From Candidatus Latescibacterota bacterium (GTDB taxonomy: Bacteria > Latescibacterota > UBA2968 > GCA-2709665): DNA of 64,000 nt. Under the pieces are notes generated by a model that worked only from the letters and a program-made list of their open reading frames with translations, did no database searches and was not told where the DNA came from. A program made the position numbers and the translations under genes. This document shows positions 38,801 to 47,863 of this stretch, one piece after another (the stretch's first letter is position 1; every line of letters starts with the position of its first letter). The DNA is taken from contig OZ220733.1 of the NCBI GenBank assembly GCA_965116875.1, positions 3,072,001-3,136,000 on the forward strand, read 5' to 3'.

Positions 38801-39883
38801 CTATGGTCTATAAATCAGGATCTGGTCCGTCGCCGCGAGGTCCTTCAAGCCTCCAGCGATAAGTACACGGCCGTCTCGAAGCAGCGTTGTCGTATAGAAC
38901 ACGCGATTCTCGCCGATGCTGTCTCCGGTGGGACCGAACGCGCCGGTTGCGGGATCGTAGAGGATGACCTCGCCGCTTTCCCCAATGATGAACACTTGGC
39001 CCGACGGCAGTAACGTGGCCGCGTGAATCGCTTCAAATCCGGGATCCCCTTCCGAGGAAAATGTCCCCGTTTCGGGATCGTATCGCTCGGCGGCGGTTAC
39101 CGGCTCTTCGGACCCCTCGTCGCCGGTACTCCCGCCAATGACCAGCACGCTGCCGTCCTGGAGGAGAATCGCCCTGTGATCCTGCCGTTCGTATCGCAGG
39201 TCGCCTGTGCGTGTAAGCGTATTGGTCGGCGGATCGTAGATTTCGGATTCCTTCACGATACCCGACGCATTGCTGCCGCCAACGATGAGGACCCGCCCAT
39301 CCCGCAGCAAAGTTGCCGTATGCCCGGCGCGAATCACGACCGTCCCGGGGAGCGACGTGAATTCTCGCGTATCGGGGTCGAAGAGGGCAACGCCCAACGA
39401 GTAATACGTCAGGACCTTTCCATCGGGCAGTAACGTGATCGACCAGATCCGTGCGAATGCCTGCTGATAGGGCTCAGGCGTGAACCGCCCGGTCCGCGGA
39501 TCGAAAAATTCCAACGGCGCCTGATCTGCGCCCGCCAGAAGCACCCGGCCGTCCGGCATTAAGATTCCCATGTCGAGTGTTCGCGGCAGCGACAGATCGC
39601 CCCGTCTGCTCGAGGTCCCCGTTTCCGGATCGAATACTTCCGAACTGGTGCGAAAGAGTGAGGATGACACCTGACCCGGATTTTGAGTCGCGGCGCCTCC
39701 GGTGATCAGGACGGTTCCGTCCTGCAGCAGCACCGACGCGTGCCAGAACCGTCGCTCCGTCATCTGACCGGCAACCTCGAAACCCAACAGATCGCTCGTC
39801 GCCTCCGGGGAAGTCGGCACAGGTGAACCACAGCCCATCATGCTCGCCACAATCAACAGCACGGAAATCATCCTAACGGTCAT
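38801..39883 (-). CDS. Kelch beta-propeller lipoprotein (K6, divergent)
   Basis: Lipobox MMGC; same repeat layout; ends DQILIYRP. Confidence 0.85.
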   Translation of the reverse strand: MTVRMISVLLIVASMMGCGSPVPTSPEATSDLLGFEVAGQMTERRFWHASVLLQDGTVLITGGAATQNPGQVSSSLFRTSSEVFDPETGTSSRRGDLSLPRTLDMGILMPDGRVLLAGADQAPLEFFDPRTGRFTPEPYQQAFARIWSITLLPDGKVLTYYSLGVALFDPDTREFTSLPGTVVIRAGHTATLLRDGRVLIVGGSNASGIVKESEIYDPPTNTLTRTGDLRYERQDHRAILLQDGSVLVIGGSTGDEGSEEPVTAAERYDPETGTFSSEGDPGFEAIHAATLLPSGQVFIIGESGEVILYDPATGAFGPTGDSIGENRVFYTTTLLRDGRVLIAGGLKDLAATDQILIYRP

Positions 39884-40177
39884 CAGGTATCCTTCCTCGG
39901 CGTCGTAACCTCGCCCCCAGCCCCGCAGACCTCTCTCCCCGGCCCTCTCTCCTACCAGGAGAGAGGGAGCAAAAACAGGCTTCGCGTGCCGGTTATTGAT
40001 AGACACTCTGATTTACAAGGAAACACCACCGGTTTTCCGCTCTCCTCAGCAATCCGCTTCCGTTCGACTCTTGCGAGAGTCCGATTGCAGAAGTGACAGA
40101 CGTCAAAGTTACCGCTACTTTTCCCTTCTTCCTTTTTCCTTCTTCCTTCAGGAAGGGGGTAGGTCCCGCCGACCGAG

Positions 40178-43100
40178 CTATGGACCGATCACGAACACCA
40201 CGTCTTTCGCGGCCGTTTCACCGCTGTTCCGGTCTTCGATCGATACCTTCAACGTGTATCGTCCCGGAACCTGTTCATCCAGCGCGAGTTCGACGTATTC
40301 TTCTTCCTGTTTTGACGCGCCCGTCTGTTCGTACGTGACGGCCAGTTCCTCGCGTCGGCCGGTTCCCCAGCGGAACAGGCGCGAGATGTTCCCCTTCCGG
40401 CCGGGGGTGTCTCCGGACTTGATGGTATAGGACACGTTGTAGTTTGTCTGACCGAACGCGTCCTTGTCCAGATTGTAGATTTCGTAGTAGACGAACACGC
40501 TCTGGCCCTTCCTGTACGTCCGCGATGGCATTGGGACGACGGTCAGATCTCCCTTGGCAAACTTGCCGGTCCCTTTTGCCGCGCCAACCCGCCACGCCAG
40601 TTCCAGGTCGCTCATCTGCAGGAGGTCTTCTCCATATGACTCGACTTCAACCTGCTGCTGATAGATGCCCATTCGTCCTCTCATGCGGTCCTGCGACTTA
40701 ACCTCCAGCCGGTAGGCGCCGGGCGGCAGATCCAGTTTCAGGACGTCCGGCGCCATCAGGCCTTCGCCGGCCTGGTTTCCGGCGGCTTCGTAGGTCATCT
40801 CATCCGTCTGCCGGTAGACCGTGTCCCGAGAGGACGAAATGAGCGCCGCGTGGTGCGTCAGAACCTGCCGTGTGACGTCCTCCTCCGGCAGGTAGTGCGC
40901 CGGAAGAATTGGGACGCCGTAGTAAATTTCGAGGAGGCTGCGACCGTCCTCGCCCTTGAAGCCGGCCAGGGAATAGTGGAAATCGAGCGGCGGCGCCTCG
41001 AGTCTCGATGTATAGAAATCCGGCGTGACACGCGCTGCCCGCCGGTACACGGAATGGGGTGCGTGCCTGCTCAGGGACGCGGTCTGGCCGATTGAGATAT
41101 CGCCCTGGTTTGGCGGTACGGGAGCATAATCGTATGCCCCGGAACCAATCTCGTCGGTAAAGGTGATTTCAATGCCGCCGCCCGCATCCGTATAGATCCA
41201 TGTCTCCCAGGGTACAGTGCTCCGGTCTTCGCCCGAGGTGACCGGGTGATAGTCGCCGAATCCGAGGCTTTCGTCCAGCGACATGATGCCTAACTTCACG
41301 GAATCCATCGGCGCCGGCGGCGGCGTATCCGTACACTGTGTACAGCTCTCGCCCGTATGCTCGTGGTCGTCCAATCCGGCGTCCTGGGACTCAGGGCCCG
41401 TTGCGTCGGCGTTTTCGATCTGGATGTCTTTGAGTTCGTACCACGCGCCGTCGAGTTGCTTGAGGCTGCGTACGGGATAGACGGGTCCCACAAACGTGTG
41501 CGCGCGGACGTCGCCCTTGTAGATGCTATACGCCAGGCGCTCCTTGACACGCTGCACTTTCAGGCTCTGTTTGAAGTTGGGGTCGTCCGACCTTGACCGG
41601 TGATCGGGTTCCCCGAACCGGACGTAGACGTCTCCTCTCGCGTCCCACGGCTGTTTTCCCTTCGAAAAGTCCGTCAGCGCATGCCAGACCCTTCGGTAGT
41701 GTTCCAGCAGGCGTTCGTTCACGGGCGTGGAGAGATCCGGGTCCTTCCCGTTCCAGAATCGCTTTAGATACGCCTCACGATCCAGGCCCGGGGCGTCATC
41801 AAACGCCCGGAGTTCCTCACCGGAAGCGACAAGGGAAATATCTTCGTACAGTCGCCGCACTTCGGGCGCAAGTTTGGAGATGTAGTCTTCGAAGAACGCC
41901 ATCGCCATGTCCGGCTTTTCCTGTTCGATGGCGGAAATGGCGACGATGGGCATCAATTCGATGGCTTCGGGGTGCTTCCTGACGAAATCCAGCAGATGGT
42001 CCATAATCCTGGAATAATCTCTGACTTTCAGGTACGCAACGCCCAGCCGGCGCTGCGCGTCCGCGTCATCCGGGCGAAGCGCGAGATATTTCGTATACCA
42101 GACGACGGCCTTCTCGAATTCCCAGGACAGATTCAGATAGTAATCCGCAACCAGCAGGCAGGCGCCGGCGTGGCCTGGGTCCATCTTCAGGACTCTTTTT
42201 GCTTCCAGTTCCGCGTCGCGCTGTTTCATCGCAAAACGCACTCTAGCCATCTGATACCGCGCGTCCACGAAGTCGCGATCCCGGACCAGCGCCTCGGTAA
42301 AATGGTGAATCGCGAAGTGACGCTGCATCGGCCACGTCGCGTAGAGCATCCCAAGGCCATGGTGGCCCAGCGCCTTGCTTCCGAGGCTCAGGGCACGATG
42401 AAACGCGTCCTTCGATTCCTCGAATCGTCTCAATTTCATCAGAATGTGACCCAGCTTGACGTATGCGCCGGGGCCCCTCGGCCGTTGACGCGCAACGTTC
42501 CGGAAGATCAGGCGCGCTCGATCCGGATCATCCGCGTCCATGGCGCGGCGTCCACTGGCCGCCAGGCTGTCCACCCGTGCTGCGACCAGGCTTGATACGC
42601 TCGTGTGACCTCCGCCGCGACCGGCGACGCCGACGATCCGCTCGCCTCGGTGCCAGAAACACGCCAGGGCCGGCGATCCGGACAGTCCTTCGTGCCTATA
42701 AAGATAGTCACTGAGAAATCCGTAGTCCCGGTTGGCCGGGCAGGAGAACAGCACGCCGAGGATCGCTTTCCTGTCTTCCCGCTCGCTCCCATCCTGCGTG
42801 TCCGCAACGATTCTTTGCAACGTCCACTCGTGCAACTCCTGGAGGTCCGCGGGTTCGCTGCCGTCCCCGGCGCGCTTGAATTCCTCGATCAACCGCAGCA
42901 TCCCCGTCAGACGTTCCTGACAGTTGTGTCTGTCTGTCGTCCCCGCGTCAGCTTCGATCCAATTTCCGCAGTCCTCGATATACCGCGCGCAACTCTTCCT
43001 CGACAGTCCGAACTTCGGGGCCCCATCGTCAAGTTTCCTGAATGCGCGTCTGGCCTGCTCGAACAGCTTGTCCGCCTTCTCTTCGTTCCCTCGATGAACC

Positions 43101-43912
43101 GCGTTTCTGCCGCGTATGTACAGGTCGAGGCCGGCGCCGATCAGGGACAGGGCCGCATCTGCGCCGTCGGCCCCGCGCATTGCCGGGGAGGTCCGGGAAT
43201 GGTGAAATGACTCACGACCTCGTTTCCCGATCGTGGATATCTCTTTTTTGATATCTGTCTTTACAGCCTCTTCCGTGTCTGCGCGGACGCGGATCGATCC
43301 CGCTCCGTTTTCCATTCGGCACCCAACGGTCTTCCCATCCGTCGACCATTCTACGGGCCCCTCTACGCCGCCTGCGAACAGAAGCCTGACTCCACCCAGG
43401 TCATTCGCGATCCAGAGACCGCGGTCCGCCCTGGCAAAGGCGCTTCCACGGTACCCGACAATCGCCAATGACCTGCCATCGGGAGACACAGCGATTTCAA
43501 GAGATTGAAGGTCGCCCGGAAGCGGCCACGGCTCCTCTGCGCCTCCGTCCGGGTCCAACTTCCAGATTCTGTTCCTGGTAATCGGGAGCGACAGCCCCCC
43601 GTAGAAATACGACCCCCAGGCTTCCCGTCGCAGGCTTCGCTCCAGGTAGATCAACTCCTCCCCGCCAGGCGCGAAATGGAGGGTTCCGGGTTCGCCCGGA
43701 AAGGCCAACAGCTTCCTGGGACGCTCGTATTTCGCAGAAGCGAGCCAAATCTCGGACAGCGAAACCGCCCCTTCGCCGCGTTGGACGACATAGGCCAGTT
43801 GCGCGCCATCCGCCGATCTCACCGCATCGGATGCCCCGCGTGCGGACTCGAAAATTCCCAACATCGACAGGATGCACAACGCGCCTATGTACAGGTTCCT
43901 CGTCCGCTGCAT
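40178..43912 (-). CDS. Large secreted TPR + GWxTD-family protein
   Basis: TPR array; FWNGKDPDLSTPVNERLLEHYRRV..PWDARGDVYVRFGEPD; ETWIY; C-terminal SDLELA and YYEIYNL. Confidence 0.85.
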   Translation of the reverse strand: MQRTRNLYIGALCILSMLGIFESARGASDAVRSADGAQLAYVVQRGEGAVSLSEIWLASAKYERPRKLLAFPGEPGTLHFAPGGEELIYLERSLRREAWGSYFYGGLSLPITRNRIWKLDPDGGAEEPWPLPGDLQSLEIAVSPDGRSLAIVGYRGSAFARADRGLWIANDLGGVRLLFAGGVEGPVEWSTDGKTVGCRMENGAGSIRVRADTEEAVKTDIKKEISTIGKRGRESFHHSRTSPAMRGADGADAALSLIGAGLDLYIRGRNAVHRGNEEKADKLFEQARRAFRKLDDGAPKFGLSRKSCARYIEDCGNWIEADAGTTDRHNCQERLTGMLRLIEEFKRAGDGSEPADLQELHEWTLQRIVADTQDGSEREDRKAILGVLFSCPANRDYGFLSDYLYRHEGLSGSPALACFWHRGERIVGVAGRGGGHTSVSSLVAARVDSLAASGRRAMDADDPDRARLIFRNVARQRPRGPGAYVKLGHILMKLRRFEESKDAFHRALSLGSKALGHHGLGMLYATWPMQRHFAIHHFTEALVRDRDFVDARYQMARVRFAMKQRDAELEAKRVLKMDPGHAGACLLVADYYLNLSWEFEKAVVWYTKYLALRPDDADAQRRLGVAYLKVRDYSRIMDHLLDFVRKHPEAIELMPIVAISAIEQEKPDMAMAFFEDYISKLAPEVRRLYEDISLVASGEELRAFDDAPGLDREAYLKRFWNGKDPDLSTPVNERLLEHYRRVWHALTDFSKGKQPWDARGDVYVRFGEPDHRSRSDDPNFKQSLKVQRVKERLAYSIYKGDVRAHTFVGPVYPVRSLKQLDGAWYELKDIQIENADATGPESQDAGLDDHEHTGESCTQCTDTPPPAPMDSVKLGIMSLDESLGFGDYHPVTSGEDRSTVPWETWIYTDAGGGIEITFTDEIGSGAYDYAPVPPNQGDISIGQTASLSRHAPHSVYRRAARVTPDFYTSRLEAPPLDFHYSLAGFKGEDGRSLLEIYYGVPILPAHYLPEEDVTRQVLTHHAALISSSRDTVYRQTDEMTYEAAGNQAGEGLMAPDVLKLDLPPGAYRLEVKSQDRMRGRMGIYQQQVEVESYGEDLLQMSDLELAWRVGAAKGTGKFAKGDLTVVPMPSRTYRKGQSVFVYYEIYNLDKDAFGQTNYNVSYTIKSGDTPGRKGNISRLFRWGTGRREELAVTYEQTGASKQEEEYVELALDEQVPGRYTLKVSIEDRNSGETAAKDVVFVIGP

Positions 43913-44036
43913 CACAACACCTCCCGAGTCGCTTTCGACTCGATTCACGAAGGAGCGTCCGGGTCGGGCCTATCTGTTATTGCGGGATCATCGGTCTGTT
44001 GGCGGGCGGCCGGGCTCAGAATGGGTGGGGATAATT

Positions 44037-47000
44037 CTACTTCGCGAGGATAAAACTGGCCGTTTTCTGGGACATTTCACCGCTATTCATATCGATGACA
44101 GTCACGTTCAGGAAGTACTTGCCTGCGGGGCGGTTTTCCAGCTCGAGTTCCACGTATTCGACTTCCATGGCATCCTCGCCCACCATCTCGTACGTCACTT
44201 CCAGCTCTTCACGTTTGCCCTTCTTCCACCTTATCAGGCTGGTGATGATACCCAGGGGGCTGAAGCCGCCCTTCTTCGTGACGGTGTAGGATACCTGGTA
44301 GTTCGTCTGCCCGAAATCGTCCTTCGTCAGGTTATAGATTTCGTAGTAGACGAATACATTCTGACCCACCCGGTAGGTCCGCGTCGGCATCGGAATGACC
44401 CACAGCGTGCCTTTGTTGAATTTATCCTCGTCCTTGCGGTTGGATATCCGCCAGGCCAGTTCCAGGTCGCTCACCTGGAGGCTGTACCGGTCATAGGACT
44501 CGATTTCAATGTCCTGACGATACCGCCCGTGCTGAACGGACAGGTTATCCTTTATCTTCACTTCCATCCTGTAACGCCCGGGGGGCACGTCCATACGCGC
44601 GAGGTCCGGCACGAACGCGCTCCGTTCCGCGGTCACGTCCCCCTTGGCCGCGAATTGTACCTTGTCCTCGCTCCGGTACACAGCTCCGGTTTCCGGATTC
44701 CGCAGCGCCACGGTCCGGTCGACCATTATTTCCGTCCGGTCGCCATCTATCATATAGTGCCCCTGGTGCCGCGGTATCCCCACGTAGACTTCCAGCGCCG
44801 TCCGGAAATCCCTTTCGCTCCTGAAGTCAGCCGAGTTGAAATAGAATTCCATCGGCAGCGTGTTTTTCGGCCGCACGAAGTAGTTCGGCTGCGCCGCGGC
44901 GGCCATGAGGTAGATATTGCGGGGGCTGTAGCGGGTAAACATGGCCAGCCGGCGGGCGGGAATCCCGGCATCCAGCGGTTCAGGCGCATAGCTGTAGTTT
45001 CCGTTGCTGAACTCGTCGGTGAAGGTAATCTCGATGCCCCTGCCCACGTCCACGTACGTCCACGTTTCCCAGGGGACCATCGAGCCGTCGTACGTCGCGG
45101 TGACCGGTCTGTAGGATCCCCCCCGGCCCCTGCCGCGCAGGCTGCGCACGGGGTAGACCGGACCGACGAACGTTGAGCTGGCGCCACGAAGGCCGATTCC
45201 GCGGCGCGGCGGGCGCGCAGCCCCGTAGAGCGTCCTGGAAAGACGTTCCTTGACGCGCTGAACCGCCATGGATTGCTGGAAATTCAACTCTTTGGAGGTG
45301 GAGCGGTGGTCGGGTTCGCCGAAACGGATGTAGACTTCGCCGCGCTGGTCCCAGGGCTGCCTGCCATCGGAGAAATTCTGCATGGCGAACGACACCCGCC
45401 GATAATGCTCCAGGAGGCGCTCGTTGGCAGCCGTGGTCAGGTCCGGGTCCTGGTCTGCCCAGAACTTCTTCACAAAGTCCCATCGGTCTTCCGGCGGTGT
45501 CTGTTCGAAGGCCGCCAACGTCTCCTTGGGCGCAACCAGCCGGATATCGTGGTAGTGACCCTTCTCGGCGGCATCGGCCCCTTCGAGAAAGTCTCTGAAG
45601 AAGGCGGCAGCTCTATCGTAGGCCCCCAGTTTCATGCAGGCCTGGGCGAGGATGGGCAGGACCTGGTCGTCGTCCGGATTCTGTACGGCGTAGTCCTCCA
45701 GGACCTCCAGGATCCGGCCGTAGTCCTTCGTTCTCAGGTAGATCGATCCCAGCCGCTTCCGCCCTTCCGGGTCGCCGGGCCGCAAGCCCATATACTTCGC
45801 ATAGAAGAACGCGGCTTTCTCGTAGTCCTTCTCGAATTCCTCCACCCATTTCCCCATCAGCAGATAGGCGGGGGCGTAGCGGGGGTCGATTGCCAGTACT
45901 TTTTTGACTTCCCGCCGTACGTCGTGTTCGTCCAGCTTGTACCGGATATCGGCAATATTGAACCTGGCTTTCACGTGGTCCCGGTCGTACTGGAGGGCTT
46001 TCTGGAAATAGCGGATGGCGTCGTAATTTCCCCTGGGCCACTTGCGGAAGGTGAGACCCAGGCCGAAGTAGGCCTCGGCCAGCGTGTGGTCGCATTCGAT
46101 CGCGCGTTCGAATGACTTGACGGCGAGCTCCAGCCTCTCCGCCTCCAGATAGGCGAACCCGAGCCTGCTGTGCCCGCGGGCGTAGTCCTGAGCCACGCCA
46201 GCCAGGATTTCAAGGGTGGAGATTGCCCGGAGCGGCTCGAGCGGGGTGAGTTCAGTGCCGAGATTGAGGAGGGAATCGATCTGCGCCTTGCCCACGCGCC
46301 GGTCGATGGTCCGATATCCCGCGCTGCTGCGGACGGCTTCAACCAGGTAACCGTCGTGGAAGAAGCTGGTGACCACGGCTTCGCCGTCCTCCGCTTCGGG
46401 ACGGTATCCGTGCGTGTAGCTGTACCGGCGGCCTTTTTCGCGGTCCAACGCTGAGCGGAACAGCTTTTTTACGACGATGGAGTCGGCGGGCGTAAGGGTG
46501 TGGGTATCAATCCAGTTCCTGAGTGTCTCCAGGTCGGCCGGGCGCTGGTTTTCGTGTGCTTGTTCATAAGCATGTAGCGCATCGCCGATTACAGTCAGGT
46601 GGTCACGGCAGACCCAGCGGGCGCCTCGGGTCGCATCGGCTTCCCTGGCAGTTGCGGCCAGCGCCGCCGCGTAGGACAGGAGCGGCTCTTCGTAGAGTCC
46701 ATGTTTTTTGAATCTCAGAGGCAGCGCCGCCCACGACCGGGAGGCTTTACGATACCGGCCTACCGCCGAACGAAACTCCCAGCGGTGCACGGTGGTATAG
46801 GCCAGGGCCGAAGCGTTGAATACCGTCGCGACGCCCCACAGCACGGCCTTCGAGGCCGTACTCGGGCGCGGCGCGTTTCCGGCCTTCACAACCGGCGGCG
46901 TTACCGGTTTCCCCTCGAAGTCTACTTTCGAACGCGCGATCGATCCGTCCTGGACCGAGATCTCCCAGACACCGGGTGCGACCAGCGGTACGGACCTGTT

Positions 47001-47342
47001 TGGGAGCATGGTAAGCGTATGCAGGGGGACCCTTAAGGCGGTCTCCTGAAAGCGAAGACGTTCCCCGTGCGCAACCCACTCCAGTCGCCCTGGCGGGCCG
47101 GGAAAGGTGCCGAGGTGGCGAGGCTGGCTTCCCCGGGTTTCCACCCAGATTTCGGTAATGGCGGAGGAACCGGTCTCCAGCCCGATCGCCCAGGCGGTCT
47201 GCCCTCCGCTGGAAGCCGTTATCGCGGTCTGACGAACCTGTGCATCGAGATCCTCAAGAGGGCAGAACGCCGTGATGATCACGGCCGCAAACAAAGCCGA
47301 TCGCCACGGTTTCACACGCGCGGATTCAAGAACTGGTACCAT
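44037..47342 (-). CDS. Large secreted TPR + GWxTD-family protein
   Basis: FWADQDPDLTTAANERLLEHYRRV..PWDQRGEVYIRFGEPD; paralog of 40178-43912. Confidence 0.85.
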   Translation of the reverse strand: MVPVLESARVKPWRSALFAAVIITAFCPLEDLDAQVRQTAITASSGGQTAWAIGLETGSSAITEIWVETRGSQPRHLGTFPGPPGRLEWVAHGERLRFQETALRVPLHTLTMLPNRSVPLVAPGVWEISVQDGSIARSKVDFEGKPVTPPVVKAGNAPRPSTASKAVLWGVATVFNASALAYTTVHRWEFRSAVGRYRKASRSWAALPLRFKKHGLYEEPLLSYAAALAATAREADATRGARWVCRDHLTVIGDALHAYEQAHENQRPADLETLRNWIDTHTLTPADSIVVKKLFRSALDREKGRRYSYTHGYRPEAEDGEAVVTSFFHDGYLVEAVRSSAGYRTIDRRVGKAQIDSLLNLGTELTPLEPLRAISTLEILAGVAQDYARGHSRLGFAYLEAERLELAVKSFERAIECDHTLAEAYFGLGLTFRKWPRGNYDAIRYFQKALQYDRDHVKARFNIADIRYKLDEHDVRREVKKVLAIDPRYAPAYLLMGKWVEEFEKDYEKAAFFYAKYMGLRPGDPEGRKRLGSIYLRTKDYGRILEVLEDYAVQNPDDDQVLPILAQACMKLGAYDRAAAFFRDFLEGADAAEKGHYHDIRLVAPKETLAAFEQTPPEDRWDFVKKFWADQDPDLTTAANERLLEHYRRVSFAMQNFSDGRQPWDQRGEVYIRFGEPDHRSTSKELNFQQSMAVQRVKERLSRTLYGAARPPRRGIGLRGASSTFVGPVYPVRSLRGRGRGGSYRPVTATYDGSMVPWETWTYVDVGRGIEITFTDEFSNGNYSYAPEPLDAGIPARRLAMFTRYSPRNIYLMAAAAQPNYFVRPKNTLPMEFYFNSADFRSERDFRTALEVYVGIPRHQGHYMIDGDRTEIMVDRTVALRNPETGAVYRSEDKVQFAAKGDVTAERSAFVPDLARMDVPPGRYRMEVKIKDNLSVQHGRYRQDIEIESYDRYSLQVSDLELAWRISNRKDEDKFNKGTLWVIPMPTRTYRVGQNVFVYYEIYNLTKDDFGQTNYQVSYTVTKKGGFSPLGIITSLIRWKKGKREELEVTYEMVGEDAMEVEYVELELENRPAGKYFLNVTVIDMNSGEMSQKTASFILAK

Positions 47343-47599
47343 AACACCAACCTCGTCCGGACCGGAAGGTCGCGTTCAGTTCACTGCCTCTTCCCCACCG
47401 TACCCCGTTCCGATCCAGCATGTTATGCGATTTCAAGCGATAGAGCAAGCGCTTTGCGGACGGCGACCCCTCCCCCGCAGCACAGCGCATTGACGCGCTA
47501 CGGCGAATACACCAGCACTTCATCCGTCGAGACCAGATCCTTCAGTTATCCAGAGCGAGTCCAATTCGCCCCACATCAGTCCATGATCTACCAGTATCC

Positions 47600-47747
47600 G
47601 GAGCGAGGGCATCCTGCCCTCGAACTGGCGGTGAACCATCGATACCCACATCAAAGGCCAATTGCGTCCTTTCCATCCGAAACCGCTTCAGGAATGACCG
47701 CGCAAAGGAACCTCCTATTCACGTCGAGGGCAGGATGCCCTCGCTCC
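47600..47747. repeat. REP doublet (REPIN-like): 24-bp perfect inverted repeat around a 100-bp spacer
   Basis: GGAGCGAGGGCATCCTGCCCTCGA at 47600-47623 and its reverse complement at 47724-47747. Confidence 0.85.
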
Positions 47748-47863
47748 CGGGAAAGGAATTCGTGGCTACTTCGCCATTACCATCTGTTTGGCGTTAATCG
47801 CTATTGTGAAATGACCTCGTGTGCGTCGGGGTAGAGTGGGTTGCCTTCGGAATACCCGGATTC

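Noticed and set aside
39884-40006. N-terminal extension of K6
   Set aside because: It translates a palindromic repeat; the signal peptide begins at ATG 39883.
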